Shown: positions 25,140 to 37,479 of the stretch, one piece after another
Layout of the letters: each line of letters opens with the position of its first letter
Numbering within the stretch: the first letter of the stretch is position 1
Origin: Octopus sinensis
Taxonomy: Eukaryota
Direction: 5' to 3'
Length of the DNA stretch: 64,000 nt
NCBI RefSeq assembly: GCF_006345805.1
Contig: NC_043004.1
Location: forward strand, 32,736,001 to 32,800,000
Translations under genes and position numbers: made by a program
The notes under the pieces: model-generated
Seen by the model: the letters and a program-made list of their open reading frames with translations, nothing else
Database searches by the model: none
What the model was told of the DNA's origin: nothing

Positions 25140-25533
25140 TCTTTTACTAGTTTCAGTCGTTTGACTGCGGCCATGGTGGGGCACCACCTTGAAGGGTTTT
25201 GGTCGAACAAACTGACCTCAGTACTTATCTTTTTGAAGCCTGATACTTATTCTATCAGTCTCGTTTGCCGAACCGCTAAGTTATGGGAATGTAAACACAC
25301 CAATGCCGGTTGACAAGCGGTAGAGGGTATAAACATAGACACAAATACACATATACACACGCATATACATATACGTATATACGATGGGTTTCTTTCAGTT
25401 TCCGTCAACCAAATCCACTCACAAGGCTTTGGTTAACTTGAAGCTATAGTAGAAGACACTTGCCCATGGGACTGAACCCGGAACCATGTAACTGGGAAGC
25501 AAGCTTCTTACCTCACAGCCACGCCTGCGCTTA
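25140..25533 (-). mobile_element. SINE family B, full length
   Basis: Tail at 25140-25200; head ends CAGCCACGCCTGCGCT. Confidence 0.88.
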
Positions 25534-26021
25534 TGGTAAATAAAATTCTCAGGAAGATAAAAAAAATAGCTTTAGAAAGATAACGAGGACCTTAGCGTAA
25601 AAGTTCATAACTGATCGTGACAACCATTTATCATAAAATAAACTGTATCTCTATACTTGAACTGTCTTAGAGATTTTTGTGGCTTGTTATTGTCATTTGT
25701 TGTTTGTGAAGAATTTACGTCTGAAAGGCCATAAACGAAATCATTGTGTAACTGACAGTATTCAAACATGAATTTAGTCTTGGAACAAAGGAAAGAAACA
25801 CAGGTGCATGGTCTTTAGTATTTACCGACATTTTGTCACACAACAGACATTGCTGTGTTGTTGTATTATAGTGTTTAGTACCTTATCGTGAGAATGGTTT
25901 TAGTCCCTTGGTAGGGTTTTATGTATAACTTCTTTTAATGTAACTTTCTGGAAAAAAAAAGGAAAAAAGAAATGGAGGAATGTCCCATCTCCATGTCATT
26001 ACGTGCCATTTGAACATTGGG

Positions 26022-27946
26022 GTCGATGTAATGTCATCTCTATATCGACCTTCTCAAAATTGCTGGCATTGTGCGAAAATTAGAAAGAATTTTACTGTAC
26101 TCACTTTACATAATAAATGTATGAAGAAAACTTCCTGGACAACGGAAAACCCACGGTAACGGCACATCGAATCGATTTCTAACAAAAATATTAAATTAAC
26201 AGCCGTAGTGAAGAGTAAATCCATTAGCTTTAAATTTAATTCAGAACAGAAAGGACAAGGGAAACAACTCCGAAATTCAAAATAATTGAAATTTCAACGA
26301 TGACATACAATGGAGAGTGGAGCTTTATCGTCAAATTCATTGACAGTTCCAGACAGATTTCGTGAGCAGAGCTTAAAAAGAGTGTTCACCATATCCTGGT
26401 GCTGACATGTCTCTCATCCATTCGAAAAAAAGAAAGGTCTTTGGAATGGCAGAATGGCTGATAGCGTTAATATTGGTTTGACGAAGTCTATGGATTAGAG
26501 AAAGGATTTCCGATGTCATATTTAGAAATAGAGGGAAAAGATTTGTGAATATCGTTATTGTTGGTTAGCTCAGGCTCAGCTCTGATAGGACAAGCCAATG
26601 ATCAAAGGCATTCCAGCCGTGACAATCGACCCCAGTACTTAACGGAGAGTACGTGGCCTGGTGAACAAAATTGTTGAGATCACAACTACAAGACTGTGGA
26701 TTCGGTTTCTGAACCACGTGATGCGTTGTGTCCTTGAATAAGATCTCATTTAACGTTGCTCCGTTCTACTCAGCTAAAAATGAGTGCCGTCTGACAACGG
26801 GTGCTTCCCCCTTTGCCCCCTCTGTCCAGCTTCCACACCTTCGATGTTGTTACACCCAGCTGATCAAGGGTAGAAATGCTGAGAGGGTCCCTATGTCCGT
26901 TTATGACTACACAGACAGCTAAAGCAATTGGTGTAAGAATGGTACATGTTACCATGACATGCTCGCTTGCGAGTGACGGCTGAGCTTTTTACTTAACTAG
27001 TACTTTATTTTATTGACCCCCGGACGGGAAGAAGGCAAAGTGGACTTCGACGGGATTTAAACTCATGACGTAAAGAGCCTGAACAAATCTACAAATTCTA
27101 CTAATCCAGTGAACTCTTGGAATGTTTGGAATAGAATATATCAGTTCCTTTCTTCAAATGTGTCAGTTTCTACCTACCCTGCGTTTGTAATGAAGAGTTA
27201 TGGTTTATCTAAGAATTTGTTCTTCCTAAAATTTGGAGAAGCAGAACGTTTTCCTCGCGATAAGCAATTTGTCTTGTATTTCTTGATGTCTGGGCGTTAA
27301 TTTGAAGACGTGAAAAATGTCTGTTTAATATCGGAAGGTGTTATTGATAACCGGAGAAATTTTAGTATTTCAAACTATTTCTCAGGCGTTATTCGGTTTA
27401 TCTGGAATATAATATTCCTCAATAGATAATAACGATTATTAAAGAACAAGAATGTTTTGAATTTCGTAATAAAATTTATGTATTTCACATATATTTTACA
27501 ACAAAGAAAAGGCACCAGGAGATAACGGACATAACAATTTGATTATAAGCAGTCGTAGAACAATTTACACTTGGAAGATCTTTGATAAAACAAACTTTCT
27601 CCGTCATTGTTTCTCTGTCAATTTGGTAAATATTCTAACCGGCAGAAACGGTTTGTGAAATAAATTCTGATAACTACGAACTTATGTCTGAGAATGATGC
27701 CAAATATAAAGAAACTTGCGGAAAACTGAGTTGAATTATCTATGGCTCAACACAAGTAAATGCAATAAACTCCCGAATTAACGGAAACTTTCGATTCGAT
27801 GTACCGTTATCGTGGGGTTTTCCGTTGTCCAGGAAGTTTTTCTTCATACATTTATTATGTAAAGTGAGTACAGTTAAATTCTTTTTAATTTTCGCACAAT
27901 GCCAGCAATTTTGAGAAGGTCGATGTAAAGATGACATTACATCGAC
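26022..27946. repeat. Inverted duplication, ~155-bp arms (26022-26174 / 27791-27946), 1.6-kb spacer
   Basis: GTCGATGTAATGTCATC...GGACAACGGAAAACCC...ACATCGAATCGA and its reverse complement. Confidence 0.9.
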
Positions 27947-29115
27947 ATCTTATTGTCCCCGAAAGAATGAAAAGCAATTTCGACCTCGGTGGTATTTGAA
28001 CTCAGAACGTAAAGAGCCGGAAGGAATGCTTCTTAGCAGTTTGTCCGATGAGCTAACAATTCTGCCACCTCGCCACTTACAATAACTATTCTTTCTACCA
28101 CAGGCACAAGGCCTGGATTTTGTGGGGAGGGGGATAGTCGATCACATCGACCCCAGTACTCAACTGGTACTTGATTTATCGACCCCGAAAAGAGGAAAGG
28201 CAAAGTCGACTTCAGCAGAATTTGAACTCAGAACGTAACGGCAGACGAAATACGGCTACGCATTTCGTCCAGCGTGCTAACGATTCTGCCAGCTCGCCGC
28301 CTTATCCGCCTACAATAATAATGGGTTCAAGATTAAGCAGAAGGCCAACAATTTCGGGGAGGGCGGGTAAGCCGATTAAATCGACCCCAGTATTCAACTG
28401 GTACTTATTTTATCGATCCCGAAAGGATGAAAGGCAAAGTCGACTTATGCAGAATTTGAAGTCAGAACGTAAAAAACGGATAAAGTACCGCCAAGTATTT
28501 CATCCGGCGTGCTAACGATTGTCTCAGCTCACCTCCTACGATAAAATTGATACCTTAGAAGGCGCATGGCTTAGGGGTTGGACAAATGACTGTCGATCGT
28601 AAAGGCCGTGGGTCGATTCCCGGTCTGAGAGATGCATTATATCCTTGGGCAAGGCACTTTACTTCACATTGCCACAGTCCACTCATCTGGCAAATGTTAG
28701 TGTTAAGACTGACAGAGCTCCTGGTCAGCATCAAAGTAATATTACAAGGCTAATGAATGAGTGGTACGCCTCCAAAACCATTCAAGCATGAAAATGGATG
28801 CATTCAGCTGTGAACTATCGTACTCTATCTTGAACATTGTGATTTTTTTTGTTCAATCCCTTGGACCCATAAGGTCGGTAACCTGGTTTCTTTGGGGTCA
28901 ACATTCCCTCTGAAAAGGACACCGGTCGATTGCTGGGTTCAAGGCCAGCGATTTTGAGGGGAGGGGGGAAAATCGATTACATCGACCCCAGTATTTAGCT
29001 GGTACCTTATTATAACCATCCCGCGAGGATGGACGGCAACGTTGACCCCGGCGGGATTTGAACTCAGAATGTGAAGTGCTAAAAGAAATGTCGCTAAACA
29101 TTTTCTTCGACGTTT
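27947..29115 (-). mobile_element. Cluster of four same-orientation family A SINEs plus a + strand family C head (~28558-28700)
   Basis: GAACTCAGAACGT-type B-box motifs near 28000, 28225, 28460 and 29060. Confidence 0.8.
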
Positions 29116-29544
29116 TGCCTATTCTCTTAACTGTCAAGGTCACAGAAAAATCATTTAGGGCAACGTGGGTGGGAAGAGGAAGGTTGAGGGTGATAATTAA
29201 TTTTTCTTCAAATGAAAGGTTTTTTTCTAAATTGTCGAAGCAGATGTTTTCCGGCAGTTTTCTATTATTTCGGAAGTTTATGGTTTAACAACAAGTTTTC
29301 AGGCTTTGGTAATATTGTTTCGCTTTCTTCCTCTTTTCTGTTTAAGCAAACAAAAAGTGTAAAGCCGACTGCTTGCTGTTTCTTAAATGGTAAAATGCAC
29401 AAATGCACATATGGCATTAACAAGTGCATTTAGCTAATCACTAGTCTGTCTTCCAAGCATAAATATGTATGCAAAAATGTATGTGTTTTGCATATGCTCT
29501 TTGCTGCTTTGCGTAGTTGCTTTCAGAAACACGTACACACGCTA

Positions 29545-29580
<36 letters not shown>

Positions 29581-29859
29581 AGACATTTTCGTGTTCGTAC
29601 GAATCGTCACTGTATGTGATCGTCTGGGTTCAAGTTCGAGGACGTTTTCTTTCTTTTTTCTCACTAGATGTTTTGACAATAATTAATTTCAACAAAACAC
29701 AAGAGTTTATCTCTCTAATGAGGTTTAAAGCTATCACAATATTAAACGCAGGTTTCAATTATGATATCAAATGCTGTCTCCCAACTGAACATTTATTTAA
29801 TCAAGTTGTTGTCAGAGAGCTGTGTGTAAAGTTACTTCGTGTGAGCACCGTTGGATTGT

Positions 29860-30260
29860 GGTAAGCCCGTAGTATACAAAAACTGGGATGCAGGTTCGAT
29901 TCTCGGTTGGGGAATTTGATTCTATTTACTCTTTCTGATTACGGTTTCTATCTTTAGTCACTCAGTTTAACAATTCCCCTCGATCCCGAGGTGCCTTTAG
30001 TGGAGTCCACTCTATTGCGATTAATTGGTTAGGTCCCTGGATCCTGTCTTCTACCTCCGAGTCATTAAAATTAATAGACTAGTTCGTTTTGAGAACGGTG
30101 AATCTTGAAGCAAATAAAGCCATAAATAACAGCGTGTAAATATTAGGTTAAAAACCCTTTGGATAGAAAATAGTTCGAAGGCTGCTCGTGGGACTCGAAC
30201 GTACATCACTTGGTTATATGACAGGCGTTCTTCCATTGGATCGAAGCAATCAATCAAATT
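29860..30260. repeat. Unclassified repeat with tRNA-like motifs; second copy ~37530-37860
   Basis: Shared TTAGGTCCCT, ACAGCGTGT, AAAACCC..TTTGG.TAG.AAA, TCGAAGGCTGCTCGTGGG; GTTCGAGTCCC on the minus strand. Confidence 0.55.
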
Positions 30261-30759
30261 TCCTCATTTATTTTAAAATCTTCATTCTTACGAGCGAGAA
30301 TTCTATGTCGTTGACGTCATCAGAATTTAGAAACGTGAAATCTTTTGAAATTTGCAGGCGGATGATCGAAAGTAAAATGAGATTGAGTGATGTTTATGCC
30401 CTTCTCTAGGACATGGAAAAAGGAAGTGAAGTAAAATAACTGCAACTGGGAATCGAAACCATATCGCCAGATTATATAGCGGAAGTCAATCGTGTACTCT
30501 ACTTTCTTGAGTACGGATTCTTCAGAAGTTAGTTTCGTTTCCTTGTTTGCTTTTATATCCTCCGACACCAACCGTAATAGTAATTTGAAATACGCTGTGA
30601 AGTGCACAGATGGAGGTGATGTTGGGAATGGTAGTGAAGATGATGGTGGTGGGGTGGGATGGGGTGGGGCAGGATGGGAGGAATGATGAATAGAATCCAT
30701 TAGTAACAGGCATTTTTTTTATATAAAAAAGTCAAAACATAAACAAAACAAACAATGTG

Positions 30760-30891
30760 TATGTATATATAAGCGTATATGTGCTTACGTATATATACAT
30801 GTATGTATGTATATGTGTATATACGTATTTATGTACACATGTGCAAGTGTATATGTATATATATATATACTGTGTTATTCTGTGTGCGTAT

Positions 30892-30929
<38 letters not shown>

Positions 30930-31065
30930 GTGTATATTTCCCTGTTTATATATATATATATACGCATATAATATACGCATATAAAATACTATATATATAT
31001 ATATATATATATATACGCATATAAAATACTATATATATATATTATATATATATACGCATATAAAA

Positions 31066-31111
<46 letters not shown>

Positions 31112-31160
31112 GCATATAAAATACTATATATATATATAATATATATACGTATATAAAACA
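30760..31160. repeat. TA-rich compound minisatellite, unit CGCATATAAAATAC(TA)n
   Basis: Unit seen at about 30977, 31016, 31055 and 31111, plus a diverged terminal copy. Confidence 0.9.
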
Positions 31161-31769
31161 CTAAAAGTTTTCTATCGACTTCATTTTCGATGAAGCAAGA
31201 ATTTTTACACGCTAAGAATATCCAATTCTATTAAGATCCAGGGTAAAAAGAAAGAAAAAAAGCGAGAGTGGGAAGATGGGGGCGGGGAAGAAAAGAAAAG
31301 AGCAGTTCCGCAGCTAATACATGTTGGTTGATCAATTAATGCTTGGGGAGGTTTTAGTTCGAAATCACTTGTAAGTTTTGAGAGACTGGACTTGCAGAGA
31401 GTTCAGGTTGTCGCCATTTAAATTATTTGTTTTCTTATTCTTTCACGTAGCAAGTATTTATGGCTGGTTAAGAAGGAAGTCGGTATTAAATTGGAAAGTT
31501 GTATTGCAAATGGTGTCGAAGTAATGGCGGATAAAAGTGTTTGTGTGTGTGTGTGTGTGAAAGAGAGAGAGAGAGGGGGGGAAGTAATGGTGGGAGTGGA
31601 GGCATTAATAAATGAAATGTGGGAATGAGGTTAAGACAAAAGTAAAGGGATGAGAGAGAGAGAGAGAGAGAGAAGGTTGATATGAGGAGAGAGGAAAAGA
31701 GAGGAGACGAAAATAAAAGTGAACTAGGTGAGAATAATTTGTGAGAGAGAAGAGTGATTAGATTGAGCT

Positions 31770-32078
31770 ATGGTAAATGCCAAGTACGAGACCCTTCTGC
31801 AGGATTTCAAGGAGAATAGAGATGACAAATTATGGCTTTTTCCAGTCGAGCTTGGTTGTAGAGGGTTCTCTGCCCAGCCGGTGTGGAAAATACTTACAGC
31901 CATTGGGATGAGAGGAAAGGAGCGGAGGGTGGGTGTGCACATGATGTGTGAGGCAGCAGAAAGAGCCTCTTGCTGGTCATGGAGAGGAGTGAAAGCAGGA
32001 AGGAGTTGAGGAGCAGTGATTTGGCCACGTCTGCTGACCCACCGATGGGAGGGTTTTACGGTTCAGGGTCGAATCCCC
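31770..32078 (+). mobile_element. HERO-type (restriction-like endonuclease) non-LTR retrotransposon 3' fragment
   Basis: Peptide AKYETL...LFPVELGCRGF...ILTAIGMRG...EAAERASCW.W matches the K..KY..L / PVEVGCRGF / EAAERASRWLW C-terminus of HERO elements; followed by a 3' UTR. Confidence 0.8.
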
Positions 32079-32421
32079 TGATGATGGCTGCCCCCTCGTT
32101 ATCGAGTATGGCCATTGCACGAAGCTTAACTGTTACTGGTGCCGTGATCGAATGTGACTTTTTAGCCCAGCTAAAGATTTACAATGTCTTGTACAGAATT
32201 GGCAGCTAAAACCTTTACCGGTAATAGCCGGCTGTAGTTGTAACTGGGCTTCATGTACCTTTGCATGTCGTTTAAGTCCTCCTGCCGAATTACACTCTCT
32301 TTCACATGCCCGACAGATATGATTAGTATGGTGTGTAGCAGCACCGCCAGTGGCCAGGTTGTCACTCATCTGTCTCGTTTTATGACTACGAAGATAACTC
32401 ATGAGTCCAGCTTTACCGAGG
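32079..32421 (-). mobile_element. RTE-clade LINE 3' fragment (same family as 42634-43882)
   Basis: High nucleotide identity to 42634-42980; encodes C2H2-like fingers CRACERECNSAGGLKRHAKVH and CQFCTRHCKSLAGLKSHIRSRH. Confidence 0.9.
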
Positions 32422-32510
32422 TGTTATTAACATACATACATGTATACATACATACGTGTGTGTGTGTGTGGGTGTGTGTGTGGGTGTGTGTGTGGGTGTG
32501 TGTGTGTGCA

Positions 32511-33110
32511 TTCTTTACCAGTTTCAGCGCGAGAGCTGCAGCTATGCTGGGGCACCGCCGTTTTGCTCCATTTTCACTACTTGAAGCCTCCTCTGAATGA
32601 AGGAATTTGATGTCGCTCTCCTCATCTGCGTTTCCTGCCGCGAGGTAGGTTCATCCGGGACTCTTGACAGGAAGAGATCCAGTTTTGGTTTGAAAACACC
32701 AGCCTCCATTGCATGTCGGTCTCTCGAGCTTTTCAAAAGGATATTGAAGAGTTGTGGGTCCTTAAAACCCAAGCCGTGACAATATTTCGTCTTATATACT
32801 GATGGCAATGTTTGGATTGTTTGTGTAATACAATGACGTCCCGTTCTGCTGCTTGTGTAGCTTCCAGTGCCAAAGTTTGGTACGAGTCCTTCAAGGAATT
32901 ATCGAGATGTATTTTATATTATTGCACGTCTTTCCCGCCTTCGTTCTGAGAAGTAGAGTCTTACCTCTCCCTGTCGCAGACGTCGCATTGAGACAATCTT
33001 CTTTGTGTAGCTTCGCTGGATGGCTTCGAGTTCCACCGTTACTCATCAGCTTGTCTTTGAGAGACTCATGTTTACATCACAAACTGAACTTTTCCAGTGT
33101 ATAGCAACAA
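32511..33110 (-). mobile_element. CR1-group LINE 3' fragment (RT thumb/C-terminus + 3' tail)
   Basis: Translated motifs ELEAIQRSYTKKI, LYFSERRRER, LEGLVPNFG, RTGRHC, PQLFNIL, FKPKLDLFLSRVPDEP; frameshifts and stops present. Confidence 0.85.
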
Positions 33111-33339
33111 CAAATATTGGAATCGTCTGTGACACACAGACACACATACTCACACACGCACACGTAGGTATGTATCTATATGAACATGTACAGACAACAA
33201 ATTCTACTACACGTATACGAACATCTCTGTTTTTCTTGAAATTCTAAGGAAGGGATCTTGGATCTAGGTTATGATTAGAAATTTGTGCTTCATTGGCAAG
33301 AAATCTAGAAAAAAATAATTAAATATTTTTTTCTAATTT

Positions 33340-33569
33340 TGGCAGAAGGCCAGCAGTTGAGAGGAGGGGCCTACTCAATTAGATCGCCCCCAGTACTTAA
33401 CAGGTACTTTATTTTATCGACTGCGATAGGATGAAAGGCAAAGTCGATCTCAACGGTATCTGAACTCAGAGAGGAGAGCCAAAAGAAAGGCCGCTAGGCA
33501 TTTTGTCCAATGCGTCGACAGTTCTACTGCTGGCTCACCGCCTTCAACAAAACTAAACACACACACACA

Positions 33570-33610
<41 letters not shown>

Positions 33611-34250
33611 TGTGTGTGTGTGTGTGTGTGCGTGCGTGTATGTATTGCTGCTAGAAAGAAGAATGCGAGAAATTTCGAGACAAAGACAAATACTTTATAT
33701 ATTTATTTCGTATAAAAAAGAATGACGAAATATGGCACAGGGGTCATTGAGAAAAGAGAGACTATAAGTTTTATTTTTGTGTGTACATGTGAAGGGACGA
33801 GACTTGCGGTCAATGTTGCCGTTTGGTGCAATAATCTTTTCTGCTAAAGGCACAAGGCCTCGAATTTTGGGGTAGGGGAGTGTTTCACTGGTACTTAATT
33901 TATCGACCCCGAAAGTACAAGTCAGCTTCCGTGTAATTTGAACTCAGAACAGGGAGAAACGCCGCGAAGCATTTTCTCCGACGTGCTAACGATTCTGCCA
34001 GCTCGCCGCTTTGACGTGCTGATAATAAAATTCCTTTCTTCTATAGGCACAATGCCTGAAATCTTGGTGAGAGGGGGCTAACTGACGTTATCGACTTCAG
34101 GATCTAACCAGTGCTTGTTTTATCGACTCGGAAAGGATAAAAGGCAAATTCGACCTCGGCGGAATTTGAACACAGAACGTAAAGAAGCTGAAGAAATTAC
34201 CGTGAAGCATTTTGTACATCGTGCTAACGGTTCTGCCAGCTCGCTGCCTT
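33340..34250 (-). mobile_element. Three head-to-tail family A SINEs (short-tail variant)
   Basis: TTTATCGAC...GATGAAAGGCAAAGTCGA...GAACTCAGA-type motif runs near 33410, 33900 and 34120. Confidence 0.8.
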
Positions 34251-34318
34251 TACCCATAAAATGTTTTTGTTTGGAGTCGTTCTTCCCCATTCTGAAAGAT
34301 TATAAATGGTAATTAGAA

Positions 34319-34590
34319 CGAGCTTACAGTATGCTAGACATAACAGGAGCCTTTTGGCAGAAGGCTATCAAGTTGACTGTAGAAGTAGCAGAGATTGTCT
34401 CGAGGTGGGGCTGTGGATTAGAAAGTGTGAGACTTAGAGGGGTGGTGCTACCCAGGGTATTGATAACTGGGTATGTTGGGGCTTGATTATTATGGCCGAG
34501 TCACCTGAGTAAGGAGGTCTGTTGTTGAAAGACCCGAAACACCTAATGACCCCAGGAAATAACGCTGACGATGTGTCCAGCTGCATCACA
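34319..34590 (+). mobile_element. Second HERO-type 3' fragment (different subfamily)
   Basis: RAYSMLDITG...KAIKLTVEVAE..SRW then frameshifted LWIR; 3' UTR AAAGACCCGAAACACCTAATGACCCCAGGAA..CTGACGATGTGTCC as I recall for HERO tails. Confidence 0.7.
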
Positions 34591-34660
34591 GGATGTGGTA
34601 GGAAAAAACTGACTTATATTACTATGCATCTATATAAGTGTATGTGTGTATATATATATG

Positions 34661-34773
<113 letters not shown>

Positions 34774-35113
34774 GTCTGTCTGTCTGTATGCATTTCTATG
34801 TATATACAGCTGACTGGCTAGTTGGCTGGCTGGCTGGCTGGAAGGTTAAGAGGATGGATGACGCAGTCCCGGAACTTGGCACAGCTGGAACTAGATCCAA
34901 CACAGAGATAAGCGTTATTAACTCCACGGTGTAACTGCATGAAGGAACACTTTTCTACCGGTAGTTTTCTAGAATGGCCACAGCTGTATTTTGACAAGTT
35001 ATACCAATATGAAGTCACTGAACGACTATGGCGATCCAAATATGACCACCATTCCAATAAACGTGCTTAATGTTATTGCTGATTCACTGACGGACAATAT
35101 TCATTGACCTCTT

Positions 35114-35315
35114 AAGGCGGCGAGCTGGCAGAAACGTTAGCACGGAGGGCGAAATGCTTAGCGGTATTTCGTCTGTCGTTACGTTCTGAGTTCAAATTCC
35201 GCTTTCATCCTTTCGAGGTGAATAAATTAAGTACCAGTTGCGCACTGAAGTCGATCTAATCGACTGGCCCCTCTCCCAAAATTTCGGGCCTTGTGCCTAG
35301 AGTAGAAAAGAATAT
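35114..35315 (+). mobile_element. SINE family A with small internal deletion
   Basis: AAGGCGGCGAGCTGGCAGAAACG...GAGTTCAAATTCCG|CTTTCATCC. Confidence 0.88.
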
Positions 35316-35410
35316 TTATTGACCTCTTCCTACTTTTGTAGACTTTCAGGGAAATAAATACTTGGTGTCTTTGAATAATATTAACAGAATATTAACTACC
35401 TATGTCTTTG

Positions 35411-35459
<49 letters not shown>

Positions 35460-35737
35460 GTGTATATGTATGTGTAAATATGTGTGGGTGTATATACGTT
35501 TGTGTATATGTATGACTATGCATGTATATATATATATATATATATGCTTTAAGGGTTGTGAACTTTTCTACCCATGTAGAGGATTTTTTCTATTTAGGCA
35601 TCTTAAGCTTAAATTTTCAAGTATATATATACACCGATACATACATGCAAATATGTGTATATTTCTTCATTTGAATATGTGTGAATGTATGTGTATATGT
35701 GTATATATGTGTGCACATATATATATATATATATATA

Positions 35738-35780
<43 letters not shown>

Positions 35781-36173
35781 ATGTATGTATATGTGTGGCT
35801 GATTGGTTAGCTGACTGTATGGAGGGGTGGGTGGATAATTCTCAGGTTGGCCGGAGAGATAGATGGTGGGATTTGGTTGCCAGTTCTCAGAACTGGGAAC
35901 AGCTGGAATGTAGTATGTGTATCTGATTCAATTTTAATGAGCTGGACTTGGGTGTGTCCCTCCATGACTCTTCGGTCTGAAAATGTTATTATGGCACAGC
36001 CAAAGGGGTGAGGGTGGGGTGGAGAACGAACGGTGTCGGTGGCCCTTTTCAGCGCTTCAGAAATTAGTGGAAATAATGGAAGAAGCTGTGGTCTGAACTT
36101 AGACGTGGATCAGTTCTTTGTAACTGGGTGGATTCCATTAAAAAGTACCCAAGGAGGAGTTGATGATGTATTA

Positions 36174-36293
36174 ATAAACGGCGATATCATGTTGAATGCA
36201 TCGGTTCTCATCTGATCACCGAAGTTAAGCAAAGTCAAACCTAGTTAGTACTTAGATGGGTGACCGCTTGGGGAACCTAGGTGCTGTTAGCAT
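36174..36293 (+). pseudogene. 5S rRNA pseudogene
   Basis: ACGGCGATATCATGTTGAATGCATCGGTTCTCATCTGATCACCGAAGTTAAGC...GTTAGTACTTAGATGGGTGACCGC..GGTGCTGT is colinear with animal 5S over ~120 nt; several CpG transitions, damaged 5' end, no oligo-T terminator. Confidence 0.9.
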
Positions 36294-36307
36294 GTTACAC
36301 TTAAATG

Positions 36308-36650
36308 GGTGCAGGAGTGACTGTGTGGTAAGAAGCATGCTTCCCAGCCATGTGGTTCTGGGTTCAGTCCCACTGCGTGGTACCTTGAGCAAGTGTTTTC
36401 TACTGTAGCCTGTGGCCGACCAAAGTCTTGTGAGTGGATTTGGCAGACGGAAACTGAAAGAAGCCCGTCGTATAAATATATATGTAAATATGTGTGTGTG
36501 TGTGTGTTTGGGTGTCTGCGGTTCGGCAAAAGATACCCGATAGAATAAGTACTAGGCTTACAAAGAATAAGTCCTGGGGTTGATTTGTTCCACTAAAGGC
36601 AGTGCTCCAGCATGGCCGCAGTTAAATGACTGAAACAAGTGAAAGAGTAA
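36308..36650 (+). mobile_element. Chimeric family B SINE
   Basis: Tail shares private variants (GATACCCGATAG, GGGGTTGATTTG, GCAGTTAAATG) with the 49790 copy, while the heads differ. Confidence 0.8.
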
Positions 36651-36860
36651 ACTTATTTCTCCAGTTTCACTTCTCGTTTGAATTATCGTAATTACAACTA
36701 ATTAACTTAGCTAATTTACTCTGCTGCTCTTTTAAAATTTTGAATACGGCTAAGGAGTGCCCAGTGTTACCTTTCTGAAACCCACAAGGGTCTGCATACT
36801 TCAGAATGGAAACTGCTGGTCAGTTTCAATGACAAAATGTTGGGAAACGCTGAGAGACAA
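36518..36860. repeat. Segment duplicated in inverted orientation at ~49555-49917
   Basis: About 210 bp of non-SINE flank plus the SINE tail are reverse-complement matches apart from one ~17-bp indel. Confidence 0.9.
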
Positions 36861-37095
36861 TACGCAAGGAATCGCAATGAATGCAAGGAATCACAATGAA
36901 AGCAAGGAATCGCGAGTTGTCTCTCATTTCATCTTAGCGTTTCCCAACATTTTGTCATCGAAACCCATTTTGGGAAATCAATGCATTTAACATTTGACTT
37001 CTTTTTTATTGAGAAAATATTCTTCAGATTTTCTTTGCTTAAATGTTATGCTGTGGCCCGTATGCTGTGCCTTATGGTTTATTGTTCATAACTTA

Positions 37096-37479
37096 CTAGC
37101 AGTATCGCCCGGCGTTGCTCGGGTTTGTTTCGACCATTTAGAATTGGAATTTTTGAAAAGTAAAAATTTTGCATTATTTAGCTTGTTATTCTCTTTAAGT
37201 GAACATTTTTTTGGTTGAAATACACCGAAAAATGGCGACACAGCTGTCAAAAAATTGTAAAAAATAGATTTTCAAAGAAAAAAAAGCACCTTTTTGATGT
37301 AAATAATTTTTGGTGTTAACATGGTCCGATTTGAATTTTTTCTTCTACGGAAGGAAGAGCAAGCCTTCTATCATACTTTCAGTTTTGGCCAACTTGCGCC
37401 TCAGGGTCTCGGAGGAGATAGTGTTAGTTGAAGGCTACCAAACCTGCCATACACAGACAACTTCAGCTTTATATAGAGA
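37096..37479 (-). mobile_element. Non-autonomous Helitron (~385 bp)
   Basis: 5' TC, 3' hairpin CCCGAGCAACGCCGGG then CTAG; inserted at A|T; no TSD. Confidence 0.88.
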
